Source of the DNA: a candidate division FCPU426 bacterium
GTDB lineage: Bacteria; Oederibacteriota; Muellerivitia; Muellerivitales; Muellerivitaceae
Assembly: GCA_963847625.1 (NCBI GenBank)
Contig: CAWKAR010000026.1
Location: 76,083-140,082, forward strand
DNA length: 64,000 bases
Direction: 5' to 3'
Shown: piece after piece, positions 31,630-41,462 of the stretch
Position numbering within the stretch: the stretch's first letter is position 1
Layout of the letters: each line of letters begins with the position of its first letter
Notes under the pieces: model-generated
The model's input: only the letters and a program-made list of their open reading frames with translations
Databases searched by the model: none
Told to the model about the DNA's origin: nothing
Program-made: the position numbers and the translations under genes

Positions 31630-34041
31630 ATGCTGATCTCCTATCAATGGCTAAAAAACTACATCAAGTGTCCCGAGCCTGTGGAAGCCATCGCCTCACG
31701 GCTCACCCATGCTGGCGTGGAAGTGGGCAAAATCCAGGCCCTGGGAAAAGACATTACCCAGGTCGTGGTGGCGGAACTCCTGGCGGTGGAAAAGCACCCC
31801 CAGGCCGACCGCCTATCCCTGACCCGGGTCACCGACGGGAAGGACACCTTCCAGGTGGTATGCGGGGCCAAGAATATAGCGCCGGGCCAAAAGGTGCCCC
31901 TCGCCCGCATTGGAGCGGTGCTTCCGGGTAATTTCGAAATCAAAGCCGCGAAGATCCGGGGTATCGAGTCTTTCGGCATGCTTTGCTCGGCAAAAGAACT
32001 GGGGATCGCCGAGGACGCCGAGGGTATTTTGATCCTGTCTCCGGATGCGCCGGTCGGGGAGGATTTCCGCCGATACATGGGTTTTCCCGACTTTCTCCTG
32101 GAATTGGAGGTCACCCCCAACCGGCCGGATCTTCTCAGCCATCTGGGGATGGCCCGGGAATTGGGGGCCGTCCTTCACCGGAAAATCCAGCCTCCCAAGG
32201 TCAAGAAATTGCCGGAGGGGAAGATTTCCAGCGCCAAGCTTGCCCGCGTTACGATCCAGGCCCCCGATCTCTGCCGCCAATATGCCTGTAGGATTATTGA
32301 GGGAATCCAAGTCGGTCCCTCGCCCCGCTGGCTTTCTCAGGCCCTTGAAAAGCTGGGTCAGCGTTCCATCAATAACATCGTGGACGTCACCAATTACATC
32401 TTGATGGAATTGGGGCAGCCTTTGCACGCTTTTGACTTGAACCAACTGAGAGGTTCCCAAATCATCGTGAGAAAAGCTGGAAAAGGTGAAAAAATCCCGC
32501 TCCTGGACAATACCGAAAGGACACTGAGCGAAGATATGCTCGTGATCGCCGATTCGGAACGTCCCGTGGCATTGGCCGGCATCATGGGAGGAGGCAATTC
32601 CCAAGTGACGGAGACTACCCGGAATATCCTTTTGGAATCAGCTTACTTCCTCCCCGGCAGTATCCGCAAGACCGCGAGGAACCTGGGGCTTTCCACAGAC
32701 TCCTCCTACCGGTTTGAACGGGGCGTGGACCCGCAAGGAATCCTGGTGGCATTGAACCGGGCCGCGGAACTTGTTTTGGAGGTGGGAGGAGGCACTCTGG
32801 CCAAGGGTGTTCTTTCCCCCGCCGTAAAACCCTTTCAAGCCCCGAAGATCAACTTTCGTCCCGCGCGCGCCAACAAGATCCTGGGCTTTAATATTCCGCC
32901 CAAGACCCAAGTCCGATTCCTGAAAGACTTGGGCTGTCGGTTGAAGGGTCCGCTCACCTCCAAATCTATTTTGGTCATCCCCCCCAGCGCTAGGGTTGAC
33001 CTGACCCGGGAAATCGACCTGATCGAGGAAATCGCCCGGCTTCAGGGCTACGACCGGATACCGTCCATCCCCCCCCGGATCCCGGCAAACCTTTCTTCTA
33101 TCGAGCAAAGCCTGCCACATGAAAAGCAAATCCGGTTTCTTTTCCACCAAGCTGGCCTGAACGAGGCCGTCAACTCCTCTTTCCTTCCCGAGGAATTCAC
33201 CGAGAAGTTGGCTCTTCCGGAGAATCATCCATTCCGCCGGTTTCATCGGGTACTGAATCCCATTGCCGAGGACCAGAAAGTTTTAAGGCCATCCTTGCTT
33301 CCATCGTTGTTAGCCAATGTCCATCTGAATTTCTCCCGCCAACAGGAAAAAGTCGCCCTTTATGAGATCAACAAAGTATTCCACCCGGCGGAGAGAGGGC
33401 GGGTTCAGGAGCGGTTTTCAGCGGCCGCGGTACTTGCCGGGCTTTCCGGGCCTCCGGCATGGTTTCGAACCAGCCGGGCGGCGGACTTTTACGACATGAA
33501 AGGGCTGGCCGAGAACGTTCTTTCCTTCTGCCGCCTGGAGGGGACTCGCTGGGCATTCGGCGGCCTTTCCTCGCCCTATTGGGCTCCTGAAAGTTTCGAG
33601 GTGAAAACCAAGGAAGGGAAGCCCCTTCTCCAGGGGGGCGCCTTAAACCCCAAAGTGTCAAAGGCCTTTGACCTGCCGTCGGCCTGTCTCGCCCTGGAAA
33701 TTGACCTGACTGAATTAAACCTCAACCTCTCCTTACCCCCGAAGTTCAGTCCCCTCCCAAAATTTCCAGGGGCGTGGAGGGACATTGCCCTGGTGGTGCC
33801 TGATGGTGTAACATCAAGCCAAGTTACGGATGCGGTTCAAGAACTGCGGATCGCGGAATTAAAAGCCGTCACGCTCTTTGACCTGTACCGGGGCGCCAAT
33901 GTGGCCCCTGGTTTCCGAAGCCTCGCCTTCCGGCTTCACTTCCGCAACGAGGAAAGAACCTTAACGGACGCAGAAGTCGCGGAAAAAGTGGCGAAAATCG
34001 TATCTAGCTTGAAGGAGAGGTTTTCCATTGAACTCCGATGA
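31630..34041 (+). CDS. pheT: Phenylalanine--tRNA ligase beta subunit
   Basis: HPQADRL, GMLCS, TPNRPD, RFERGVD, DLIEEIARL and a C-terminal anticodon-binding domain. Confidence 0.97.
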   Translation: MLISYQWLKNYIKCPEPVEAIASRLTHAGVEVGKIQALGKDITQVVVAELLAVEKHPQADRLSLTRVTDGKDTFQVVCGAKNIAPGQKVPLARIGAVLPGNFEIKAAKIRGIESFGMLCSAKELGIAEDAEGILILSPDAPVGEDFRRYMGFPDFLLELEVTPNRPDLLSHLGMARELGAVLHRKIQPPKVKKLPEGKISSAKLARVTIQAPDLCRQYACRIIEGIQVGPSPRWLSQALEKLGQRSINNIVDVTNYILMELGQPLHAFDLNQLRGSQIIVRKAGKGEKIPLLDNTERTLSEDMLVIADSERPVALAGIMGGGNSQVTETTRNILLESAYFLPGSIRKTARNLGLSTDSSYRFERGVDPQGILVALNRAAELVLEVGGGTLAKGVLSPAVKPFQAPKINFRPARANKILGFNIPPKTQVRFLKDLGCRLKGPLTSKSILVIPPSARVDLTREIDLIEEIARLQGYDRIPSIPPRIPANLSSIEQSLPHEKQIRFLFHQAGLNEAVNSSFLPEEFTEKLALPENHPFRRFHRVLNPIAEDQKVLRPSLLPSLLANVHLNFSRQQEKVALYEINKVFHPAERGRVQERFSAAAVLAGLSGPPAWFRTSRAADFYDMKGLAENVLSFCRLEGTRWAFGGLSSPYWAPESFEVKTKEGKPLLQGGALNPKVSKAFDLPSACLALEIDLTELNLNLSLPPKFSPLPKFPGAWRDIALVVPDGVTSSQVTDAVQELRIAELKAVTLFDLYRGANVAPGFRSLAFRLHFRNEERTLTDAEVAEKVAKIVSSLKERFSIELR

Positions 34042-34360
34042 GCTGTTCCCCTCCACCGCCGATCCCCAGGCCCAATGGCTTGGCTTGGAAAAAAGGATCA
34101 ACCTTCTTCTGGAGGGGATCGTACAGTTGAGGAACGCCAACGCCCTCCTCATGAAAGAAAACGTCCAAATAAAGAACCAAATGAAGGAAAAAAACGGTGA
34201 ATCAAACGGCGCCCCGACCGCCGAGGAGTTCCAAAAACTAAAGAAACAATACGAGGAAGCCCTCGAGGACCTGAAAAAGGTCAAGCAGAACCTCCAACAC
34301 ATCGAGAAACTGGCCGAGGAGCTTAAATTGGAAGATACTGAAACCGTTTCCGAAGGGTGA
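34028..34360 (+). CDS. Coiled-coil protein, ZapB-like
   Basis: LEKRINLLLEGIVQLRNAN coiled coil located between pheT and zapA. Confidence 0.6.
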   Translation: MNSDELFPSTADPQAQWLGLEKRINLLLEGIVQLRNANALLMKENVQIKNQMKEKNGESNGAPTAEEFQKLKKQYEEALEDLKKVKQNLQHIEKLAEELKLEDTETVSEG

Positions 34361-35265
34361 CCATGGTCGAGAAAAAATCAGTCACAGTCAATATTTACGG
34401 CAACGAATACACCCTCAAGGGGGAGGCTGACCCCCAGTACATCGCCGAGCTCGCCAAGTTCGTGGACGCCAAAATGGGGGAAATCGGCAAGAAATCTTCC
34501 GCTCCGGCCGCGAAGGTCGCCATCCTGGCATCCATGAACCTGGCCGATGAGCTGCACCGGCTGGAAAAAACCAAGGCCGAGCACCTGAAGTTGATTGAAA
34601 CCCTCGAGAAAAACCTGTTGGAAATGAAAAAGTCCTCCGACGGTTCGCTGAAACACACCTTGGAGCTCAAGGAACAAGTCGACCGTTTCAAGGTTGACGC
34701 TGGCGAGAACACTAAAATGGCCGATGAAGCCAGGACTGAAGTCAAAAAGATAATGAAGGAACGCAACGAAGCCCTGCAAAAATCCGAGGAACTGGCCCAG
34801 GAAATTGAAACCTTAAAACAGGAACTTGAGGGTTTAAAACCGGAACTGGAAGATCTTCGGGAAAGCCTGGATGCCGAAAAGAAAAAAGGCCGGGAAACCC
34901 AGGAAGAAGCAGATCGGTTGCAGGCCGAAGAGCTGGAAAGCCTTCGGAAAAGTCTGGATGCAGAAAAGAAAAAGAACCAGGAAACCCAGGAAGAAGCGGA
35001 TCGGTTGCAGGCCGAAGAGCTGGAAAGCCTCCGGAAAAGCCTGGATACAGAAAAGAAAAAGAACCAGGAAACCCAGGAAGAAGTGGATCAGTTGAAGGCT
35101 GAATTAAACGAATCCCAATCCGAATTGGAAATGGCCATGGAAGATCTTGAAAAAATTAAAGCGGTTCCGCCTGCGGTGGAACCCAAAACCGCTCCCTCCT
35201 TTTTACCCACCAATGAAAAATTACAGGCTTTATTCCGGAAAATTGACGCAGTTTTGGAATTATAA
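34357..35265 (+). CDS. zapA: Cell division protein ZapA with a long coiled-coil extension
   Basis: VNIYGNEYTL...LAKFVDAKM...AILASMNLADEL ZapA core plus ~200 aa of coiled coil. Confidence 0.85.
   Translation: MTMVEKKSVTVNIYGNEYTLKGEADPQYIAELAKFVDAKMGEIGKKSSAPAAKVAILASMNLADELHRLEKTKAEHLKLIETLEKNLLEMKKSSDGSLKHTLELKEQVDRFKVDAGENTKMADEARTEVKKIMKERNEALQKSEELAQEIETLKQELEGLKPELEDLRESLDAEKKKGRETQEEADRLQAEELESLRKSLDAEKKKNQETQEEADRLQAEELESLRKSLDTEKKKNQETQEEVDQLKAELNESQSELEMAMEDLEKIKAVPPAVEPKTAPSFLPTNEKLQALFRKIDAVLEL
34843..35103 (+). repeat. Three 87-bp (29-aa) tandem repeats inside zapA
   Basis: Units start at 34843, 34930 and 35017; consensus ELESLRKSLDAEKKKNQETQEEADRLQAE. Confidence 0.9.
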
Positions 35266-35320
35266 AGTAGTCCGCCTAAGACCCTACCCCAACCCAACTT
35301 TCTCATAAAAATTTGGAAGG

Positions 35321-37813
35321 CTATTCGATTTTTACCGGTTTGGCCTTCCAAATCTCGTCGCAATATTGCCGGATAGTCCTGTCGCTGGAGAATTTTCCCA
35401 TCCGCGCCACGTTCAGGATGGCCATGCAGGTCCACATTTTTTGATCCAGGTATAGCTGGGCCACTTTCTCCTGGCATTCGATATAAGGGGTGAAATCGGC
35501 CAGAAGAAGGTATTCGTCCACGTTCATCAGGGAATCCACGATGGGCTGGAACAAGCCCGGATTTTCCGGCGAGAAAAAGCCGCTGGAGATGAGGTCGAAA
35601 ACACCCTTCAATTCCTGTGATTCATCGTAATAAAACCGGGGCCGGTACCCTTCCCGTTTGAAGCGGGCCACTTCTTCCGCCTTCAGCCCGAAAATGAATA
35701 TGTTCTCATCCCCGACTTCCTCCCGGATCTCGATGTTAGCCCCGTCCAAAGTGCCGATGGTCAAGGCGCCGTTGAGCGCGAATTTCATGTTTCCGGTCCC
35801 GGAAGCTTCTTTACCAGCCGTGGAGATTTGCTCGGAAAGGTCGGTTGCGGGGATGATCTTTTCCGCCAGTGAAACCCGGTAATTCGGCATGAAAACCACC
35901 ATGAGTTTTCCCTTGGTTTGGGGATCCTGGTTCACCACATCCGCGATGGAATTGATGAACTTGATGATGAGTTTGGCCGTGGCATAGCCTGGCGCCGCCT
36001 TGCCCCCGAAAATAACTGTTCTCGGTACAAAAGACACTTTGGGGTCGGCCTTGATCCTGCGGTAAAGGGCGATGACATGAAGGGCGTTCAACAACTGCCG
36101 TTTATACTCGTGGATGCGTTTGACCTGGACGTCGAACAGGGAACGCGGGTCAACCGCCAGGCGTTGTTCCGCCGCGATCAAACCCGCCAGTTTTTCCTTG
36201 TTCAGCCGTTTCACTTCCCGCCAGTCGGACTGGAATTTTTCGTCATTTGCGTATTTCTCGAGCTTTCTCAACTTTTCCAGGTCCGTGATCCAGCCGTCCC
36301 CGATCTTGGAGATGATGAGATGCGCCAAGTTTGGGTTGCACTTTCTCAACCAGCGGCGCTGGGTGATGCCGTTGGTCTTGTTATTAAAACGCTCGGGATA
36401 AAGGTCGAAAAAGTCTGGAACCACTTGGGTTTTCAACAGGTCGGTATGCAATGCGGAAACCCCGTTCACCGAGTGGGACCCGATGATCGCCAAATGGGCC
36501 ATCCGGATCTGGGGATCGTGGCCCTCCTCGAATATCGACATGCGGCGGAGGCGTTCCACATCCCCGGGGTGCCGGTTGGCGACTTCCCTTAAGAAACGGG
36601 CGTTGATTTCCTGGATGATTTGCAGATGCCTTGGAAAAAGCCGGCCGAACAGGTTCAAGGGCCACTTTTCAAGGGATTCCGGCAGGAGCGTGTGGTTGGT
36701 ATAGGCGTAGACCGACCGGGTAATTTTCCAGGCCCTATCCCAGTCCAACCCTTCTTCATCCACCAGGATCTTCATGAATTCAGCCACGGCAATGGCAGGG
36801 TGGGTGTCGTTCAACTGAATGGCGGCCACATCCGGTAAAAGGTTGAAATCGGTATGCTCCCTCTTAAAACGTCGCAGGATGTCTTGAATGGAGGCGGACA
36901 CGAAGAAATATTGCTGTTTCAAGCGCAGTTCCCGGCCCTCTGAGCTGTTGTCGTTGGGGTAAAGGACCTTGGAGATGGACTCCGTCTCAGTCTTCTTGGA
37001 TGTGGCGGCGAAATAATTGCCCTTGTTGAAGAAATCCAAGTCGAATTCCTGGGTGGCCTTGGCTGACCAAAGCCTCAAGTTATTGACTGTCCTATGGCCG
37101 TAACCGGGAACCGGGGTGTCATAGGCCATGGCTAGAACGTCTTCGGTATCGACCCAATCGAAGGCCAGTTTCCCAGTCCGGCTTACCCTTTGGACCACGC
37201 GCCCGCCGAATCGGATCCGGTAGGTGTACTCGGGCCGTGAGATTTCCCAGGGGTTTTCACTGGATAGCCATTCATCCGGTTCTTCCACCTGGTAACCCCG
37301 CACAATCTTCTGGCGGAAAATTCCGTAATCGTACCGGATGCCGTACCCATAGGCGGGTATTTCCAAGGTCGCGAGGGAATCCATAAAGCAAGCCGCCAGG
37401 CGGCCTAGGCCTCCGTTTCCCAAGCCCGCGTCAATTTCCAATTCCCGTAAATCCTCCAGGGCCAATCCCAGCTCATCCAGGGCTTTAACGACGCTATTCT
37501 CAGCCTGTAAGTTCAGGATGGAATTCCCCAAAGTGCGCCCGATCAGGAATTCCAGGGACAAGTAATAAACCCTTTTCACCTTTTGGGACCTGTATGTTTT
37601 CTGGGTGTCCATCCAGTTTTCCACCAGGCGTTCCCGGATGGCGTAAGCCAGGCTCAGGTATCGGTCGTAGGGGGTCGCAGTGTCGGGCTCCTTGGCAAGG
37701 AGATATTTGAGGTTGTTTTGGAAGGAATGGATAAAATCTTCGGGCTTGAAACCGAAGTGGGATTCCCCATTCGGTTGAGTCGTGGCCTCGAGCTGGATCT
37801 TGCTGGTTTTCAT
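35321..37813 (-). CDS. glgP: Glycogen/starch phosphorylase
   Basis: GLGNGGLGRLAAC, QLNDTHP, KRIHEYKRQ and the EASGTGNMK PLP motif. Confidence 0.97.
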   Translation of the reverse strand: MKTSKIQLEATTQPNGESHFGFKPEDFIHSFQNNLKYLLAKEPDTATPYDRYLSLAYAIRERLVENWMDTQKTYRSQKVKRVYYLSLEFLIGRTLGNSILNLQAENSVVKALDELGLALEDLRELEIDAGLGNGGLGRLAACFMDSLATLEIPAYGYGIRYDYGIFRQKIVRGYQVEEPDEWLSSENPWEISRPEYTYRIRFGGRVVQRVSRTGKLAFDWVDTEDVLAMAYDTPVPGYGHRTVNNLRLWSAKATQEFDLDFFNKGNYFAATSKKTETESISKVLYPNDNSSEGRELRLKQQYFFVSASIQDILRRFKREHTDFNLLPDVAAIQLNDTHPAIAVAEFMKILVDEEGLDWDRAWKITRSVYAYTNHTLLPESLEKWPLNLFGRLFPRHLQIIQEINARFLREVANRHPGDVERLRRMSIFEEGHDPQIRMAHLAIIGSHSVNGVSALHTDLLKTQVVPDFFDLYPERFNNKTNGITQRRWLRKCNPNLAHLIISKIGDGWITDLEKLRKLEKYANDEKFQSDWREVKRLNKEKLAGLIAAEQRLAVDPRSLFDVQVKRIHEYKRQLLNALHVIALYRRIKADPKVSFVPRTVIFGGKAAPGYATAKLIIKFINSIADVVNQDPQTKGKLMVVFMPNYRVSLAEKIIPATDLSEQISTAGKEASGTGNMKFALNGALTIGTLDGANIEIREEVGDENIFIFGLKAEEVARFKREGYRPRFYYDESQELKGVFDLISSGFFSPENPGLFQPIVDSLMNVDEYLLLADFTPYIECQEKVAQLYLDQKMWTCMAILNVARMGKFSSDRTIRQYCDEIWKAKPVKIE

Positions 37814-37817
37814 CGTG

Positions 37818-38087
37818 TTATTTTTTTTCATTTTCATCCTTCACTTCAAAGTCCGCGTCGATCACGGGGGTATTGGACGCGGAACCTTCCCCTTCGGAGA
37901 GAATATTCTTATTTTTTTCCGCGGTTTGTTCCTGAGCCGGCAGGAACAGGAACCGAAGGACGGCGGCCCCTAAGGCCGCTCCGGCCACGGCCAAGGCCAG
38001 CACCATCGCGAACGGAAGCAAAGCCAGGGCCAACAAAATCAAAAACGGGATGATCCAACCCGGCGCCCGATAGAAGCGTATTTCCAT
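37818..38087 (-). CDS. Small membrane protein with acidic VIDADFEV tail
   Basis: Long hydrophobic stretch and C-terminal VIDADFEVKD; directly upstream of glgP; start uncertain. Confidence 0.6.
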   Translation of the reverse strand: MEIRFYRAPGWIIPFLILLALALLPFAMVLALAVAGAALGAAVLRFLFLPAQEQTAEKNKNILSEGEGSASNTPVIDADFEVKDENEKK

Positions 38088-38318
38088 TCTCACAGGAAAA
38101 GAGGTCTCCGAAGAATTCCGAGCATTTTCGTACAGAGTCGTATATTTCTCAACATGAGATTTTTTCTCTTTTCCCATAAAGGGTATAAAGTCAAGCTGTT
38201 CCTCGAGATTTATCGTGCCAAACAATCCTGAATTCAGGAAAATAAGAGCTTATCCTGACTTCAATCGGATTTAGGTCAGGGTTCATCTGCTCTTAAATCC
38301 CAAGTCATTTCACCCTTA

Positions 38319-38346
38319 TTGACATGCCCCTCGGAAGTTTTAGAAT
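38319..38346 (+). promoter_or_regulatory. Sigma-70-type promoter of 6S RNA
   Basis: TTGACA-N16-TAGAAT. Confidence 0.75.
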
Positions 38347-38352
38347 AGGTGT

Positions 38353-38530
38353 GCCCTCTGCGGTGTTCGATCTTGGGGCGGGAAATTTTGAGCCACAAAA
38401 CAAATCAACGGGTTCCCTTATTCCAATCGGGGATAGCCTTCTTCGGAAGCGAATGAACCGCTTGGTCGGGCGCCCACCTGACTTAGTCAGGCCTCAAAAG
38501 AGTACTGTCTTAAACGGCACAGGCGGGGGC
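38353..38530 (+). ncRNA. ssrS: 6S RNA
   Basis: About 180 nt with complementary ends (GCCCTCTGCGGTGTTCG / CGGCACAGGCGGGGGC) and 6S-like internal motifs TTGAGCCA and CGCCCACCTG; strong promoter, T-run and zapA/ygfA neighbourhood. Confidence 0.85.
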
Positions 38531-38599
38531 TTTTTTATTTCCTGATTCACCCCGGGTTTCCCACTTGTTGCCCCCGAAACCGGGCCGTATCATACCCCC

Positions 38600-39949
38600 A
38601 TGGATTTATTTAATTCCATACCGGAAGAAACCGACTTGGTCCGCCCGCTGGCCCTGCGCATGTCTCCCAAATCCCTGGAAGAATTCTTCGGCCAGGAGCA
38701 TTTGCTGGGGGAAGGCAAGCTCCTGAGGCGCCTTCTGGAAGCCAACCGCGTGGTTTCAGTGATTCTGTACGGCCCTCCTGGAACGGGAAAAACCGCTTTT
38801 GCCCGCCTCGTGGCCCGAAGGACCAAAAGCCGGTTCACGGCTTTGAACGCGGTCACTTCGGGCCTGGCTGATTTGCGCAAGCTTTTCGATGAAGCCCTGG
38901 AAAACAAGCGCCTATACCGCCAGTCCACCATCCTTTTCCTCGACGAGATCCACCACTTCAACAAGAACCAGCAAGACGCGCTGCTCCCCCATTTGGAGCA
39001 AGGCACCATCCTCCTGATTGGTTCCACGACGCAGAATCCTTTCTTCGCCTTGAACACGGCCCTTCTTTCCCGGTCCCGGGTCTGCGAGTTCCGGCCTTTG
39101 GAGGAAAAAGACCTGGCCCGGATCCTGGACAGGGCCCTGGCCGACGAGCAAAGGGGACTGGGCAAATTCAAGGTCGAGCTGTCATCGGACGCCAGATCCC
39201 ACCTCCTGAAAACCGCCTCCGGAGACGCCAGGACCCTTCTCAATGCCCTGGAGGTGGGAGTCCTGACGACCCCGCCGGATAACGATGGTGTGATTCATTT
39301 CAACCTCCAAACCGCCGAGGAATCGATTCAAAAACGAATGGTCCAATATGACGGCTCCGGGGACCAGCACTTTGACACCATTTCGGCTTTTATCAAAAGC
39401 ATTCGGGGTTCCGATCCCGATGCGGCCCTCTATTGGCTGGCCAAAATGCTGTATGCCGGGGAAGACCCCCGATTTATCGCACGCCGCCTGGTGATCTCGG
39501 CCGCGGAGGACGTGGGAAACGCTGACCCGCAGGGTCTGGCCGTCGCGGTGGCGGCCCAGCAGGCCTTGGAATTTATCGGGCTTCCCGAAGGACGCATTCC
39601 CCTGGCGCAAGCCACGGTTTACCTGGCTTGCGCCCCTAAAAGCAACGCTTCTTATATGGGATTGGAAACCGCGACGGAGGACGTAAAAAAAGAAACCGTC
39701 AAGGAAGTGCCGGTCCACCTGAAGGACGCCCACTATCCCGGGGCGAAGGCCCTGGGCCACGGCGAGGGCTACCAATATGCCCACCAATTCCCGGACCATT
39801 ATGTCGATCAGGTTTATGCCCCCAACCTTCCCCAATATTATTTCCCGACCAACCTCGGCTATGAAAACAAGATTAAGAACTGGTTGGAACACTTAAAGGC
39901 TTTGGAAAAAACCTCTCCTTCCAAGGAAAAGCCGGATGAAAACAACTGA
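38600..39949 (+). CDS. rarA: Replication-associated recombination protein A (MgsA AAA+ ATPase)
   Basis: RPLALRM, GPPGTGKT, DEIH, SAFIKSIRGSDPDAA and EDVGNADP. Confidence 0.95.
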   Translation: MDLFNSIPEETDLVRPLALRMSPKSLEEFFGQEHLLGEGKLLRRLLEANRVVSVILYGPPGTGKTAFARLVARRTKSRFTALNAVTSGLADLRKLFDEALENKRLYRQSTILFLDEIHHFNKNQQDALLPHLEQGTILLIGSTTQNPFFALNTALLSRSRVCEFRPLEEKDLARILDRALADEQRGLGKFKVELSSDARSHLLKTASGDARTLLNALEVGVLTTPPDNDGVIHFNLQTAEESIQKRMVQYDGSGDQHFDTISAFIKSIRGSDPDAALYWLAKMLYAGEDPRFIARRLVISAAEDVGNADPQGLAVAVAAQQALEFIGLPEGRIPLAQATVYLACAPKSNASYMGLETATEDVKKETVKEVPVHLKDAHYPGAKALGHGEGYQYAHQFPDHYVDQVYAPNLPQYYFPTNLGYENKIKNWLEHLKALEKTSPSKEKPDENN

Positions 39950-40535
39950 TTCCCATGATCCCGCTCAGGGGGATAAAAACCAACTCCGGGAAAAATTGAT
40001 TGTCATTCGCAATGCGGTAGATCCGGATTTGGCCGAGGCGGCCTCCCTTGGCGTCTGGAACATCCTGCAGGAGGTCCCGGAATACCAGAAGGCCCGGGGA
40101 ATCGGGGCGTTCGCTTCCATCCCCCATGAAATCAACACATACCCCATTTTGGAAGGAACCCTGGCCGCCGGTAAAAAGCTTTACCTTCCCAAAATCATGA
40201 AGGATAAGGCCCATTTCGAGTTTTACCCGGTACAAGACCTGAAAAACCTGCAACCGGGCCCCTATGACATCCTCGAACCCACCGGAAACCGCGCGGCCGA
40301 ATGGGAGGAGATGGATATGGTGCTGGTTCCCGGCTTGGCCTTCGACCGGGCGGGGCGCAGGTTAGGATTCGGAAAGGGCTACTACGACCGGGCGCTTCCC
40401 CTTCTGAAAAGTCATTGTCTCTCCGTGGGGCTGGGTTATTGCTTCCAGATCGTGGACCAAGTACCCGCCGCGGAACATGATGTCCCTGTAAAGGCCATCC
40501 TATGCGAGTCAGGATTCCGCCTTTGCGTGAAATGA
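39936..40535 (+). CDS. ygfA: 5-formyltetrahydrofolate cyclo-ligase
   Basis: LVPGLAFD..GRRLGFGKGYYDR and HDVP. Confidence 0.93.
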   Translation: MKTTDSHDPAQGDKNQLREKLIVIRNAVDPDLAEAASLGVWNILQEVPEYQKARGIGAFASIPHEINTYPILEGTLAAGKKLYLPKIMKDKAHFEFYPVQDLKNLQPGPYDILEPTGNRAAEWEEMDMVLVPGLAFDRAGRRLGFGKGYYDRALPLLKSHCLSVGLGYCFQIVDQVPAAEHDVPVKAILCESGFRLCVK

Positions 40536-40661
40536 TCCTGGCACACGGAATAAGCCGGAATTTTTCGCATTTCGTCAGGATTGGTTTTAACCGATAATTC
40601 GGGTTTGCATTTGAAGCGCTTTTTCATTAATCTCGTCCAACGCCTGGGGGAAAACCAAACT

Positions 40662-41444
40662 ATGAATATTTTAATCATCGGGGATATTGTCGGCAAACCG
40701 GGCCGGCACGCCGCCCACAATTGCATGACCCGGGTCAAAAATGAATTCGCGGTGGATTTTGTCGTAGCTAACGGCGAGAACCTTTCAAACGGGACAGGAA
40801 TCCAACCTGAGGCTTTTAAGGGCCTTCTGGATTCCGGCGTGGATGTCGTCACCAGCGGCAACCACATTTGGGCAAAAAAGGAGGTCAGGGAAATCCTGGG
40901 AAAGGACAACCGGCTTTTAAGGCCCCATAACTATCCCGCTGAGAATCCCGGAACGGGGCTGGGGATGTACGATTGCAAAGGGACTCCGGTCGCCGTCTTG
41001 AATCTCATGGGACGGGTTTTCATGTATCCCATCGATTGCCCTTTTAAAGCCGCCGATAAGGCGCTGGATTCCCTCCAGGGCAAAGCCAAGGTCATCCTCG
41101 TGGATATGCATTGTGAGGCCACCAGCGAAAAGCGGGCCATGGGTTGGTACTTGAACGGCAGGGTGAGTTCGGTGACCGGGAGCCATACCCACATCATGAC
41201 CGCGGACGAGGAAATACTTCCAGGAGGGACGGCCTACCTGACGGATATCGGCATGACCGGCTCGCCCAACTCCATCATCGGCATGAAACAAGAACAAGTC
41301 CTGTCACGCTTCCTCACGGGGGCCCCGTCCCGATTCGAAGTGGCGGAGGGGCTTCCTTATTTGTTTCAAGCGGTGGTTATTTCGGTCGACCCGGGAACGG
41401 GCAAAGCGTCCAAAATCGAGCGTATCCGCCAAATGGTGAATTGA
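40662..41444 (+). CDS. ymdB: YmdB/TIGR00282-family metallophosphoesterase
   Basis: GDIVGKPG, NGEN, GNHIW, DMHCEATSEK, GSHTH and TDIGMTG. Confidence 0.92.
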   Translation: MNILIIGDIVGKPGRHAAHNCMTRVKNEFAVDFVVANGENLSNGTGIQPEAFKGLLDSGVDVVTSGNHIWAKKEVREILGKDNRLLRPHNYPAENPGTGLGMYDCKGTPVAVLNLMGRVFMYPIDCPFKAADKALDSLQGKAKVILVDMHCEATSEKRAMGWYLNGRVSSVTGSHTHIMTADEEILPGGTAYLTDIGMTGSPNSIIGMKQEQVLSRFLTGAPSRFEVAEGLPYLFQAVVISVDPGTGKASKIERIRQMVN

Positions 41445-41462
41445 TCCGGATGAAAGCTCTGG

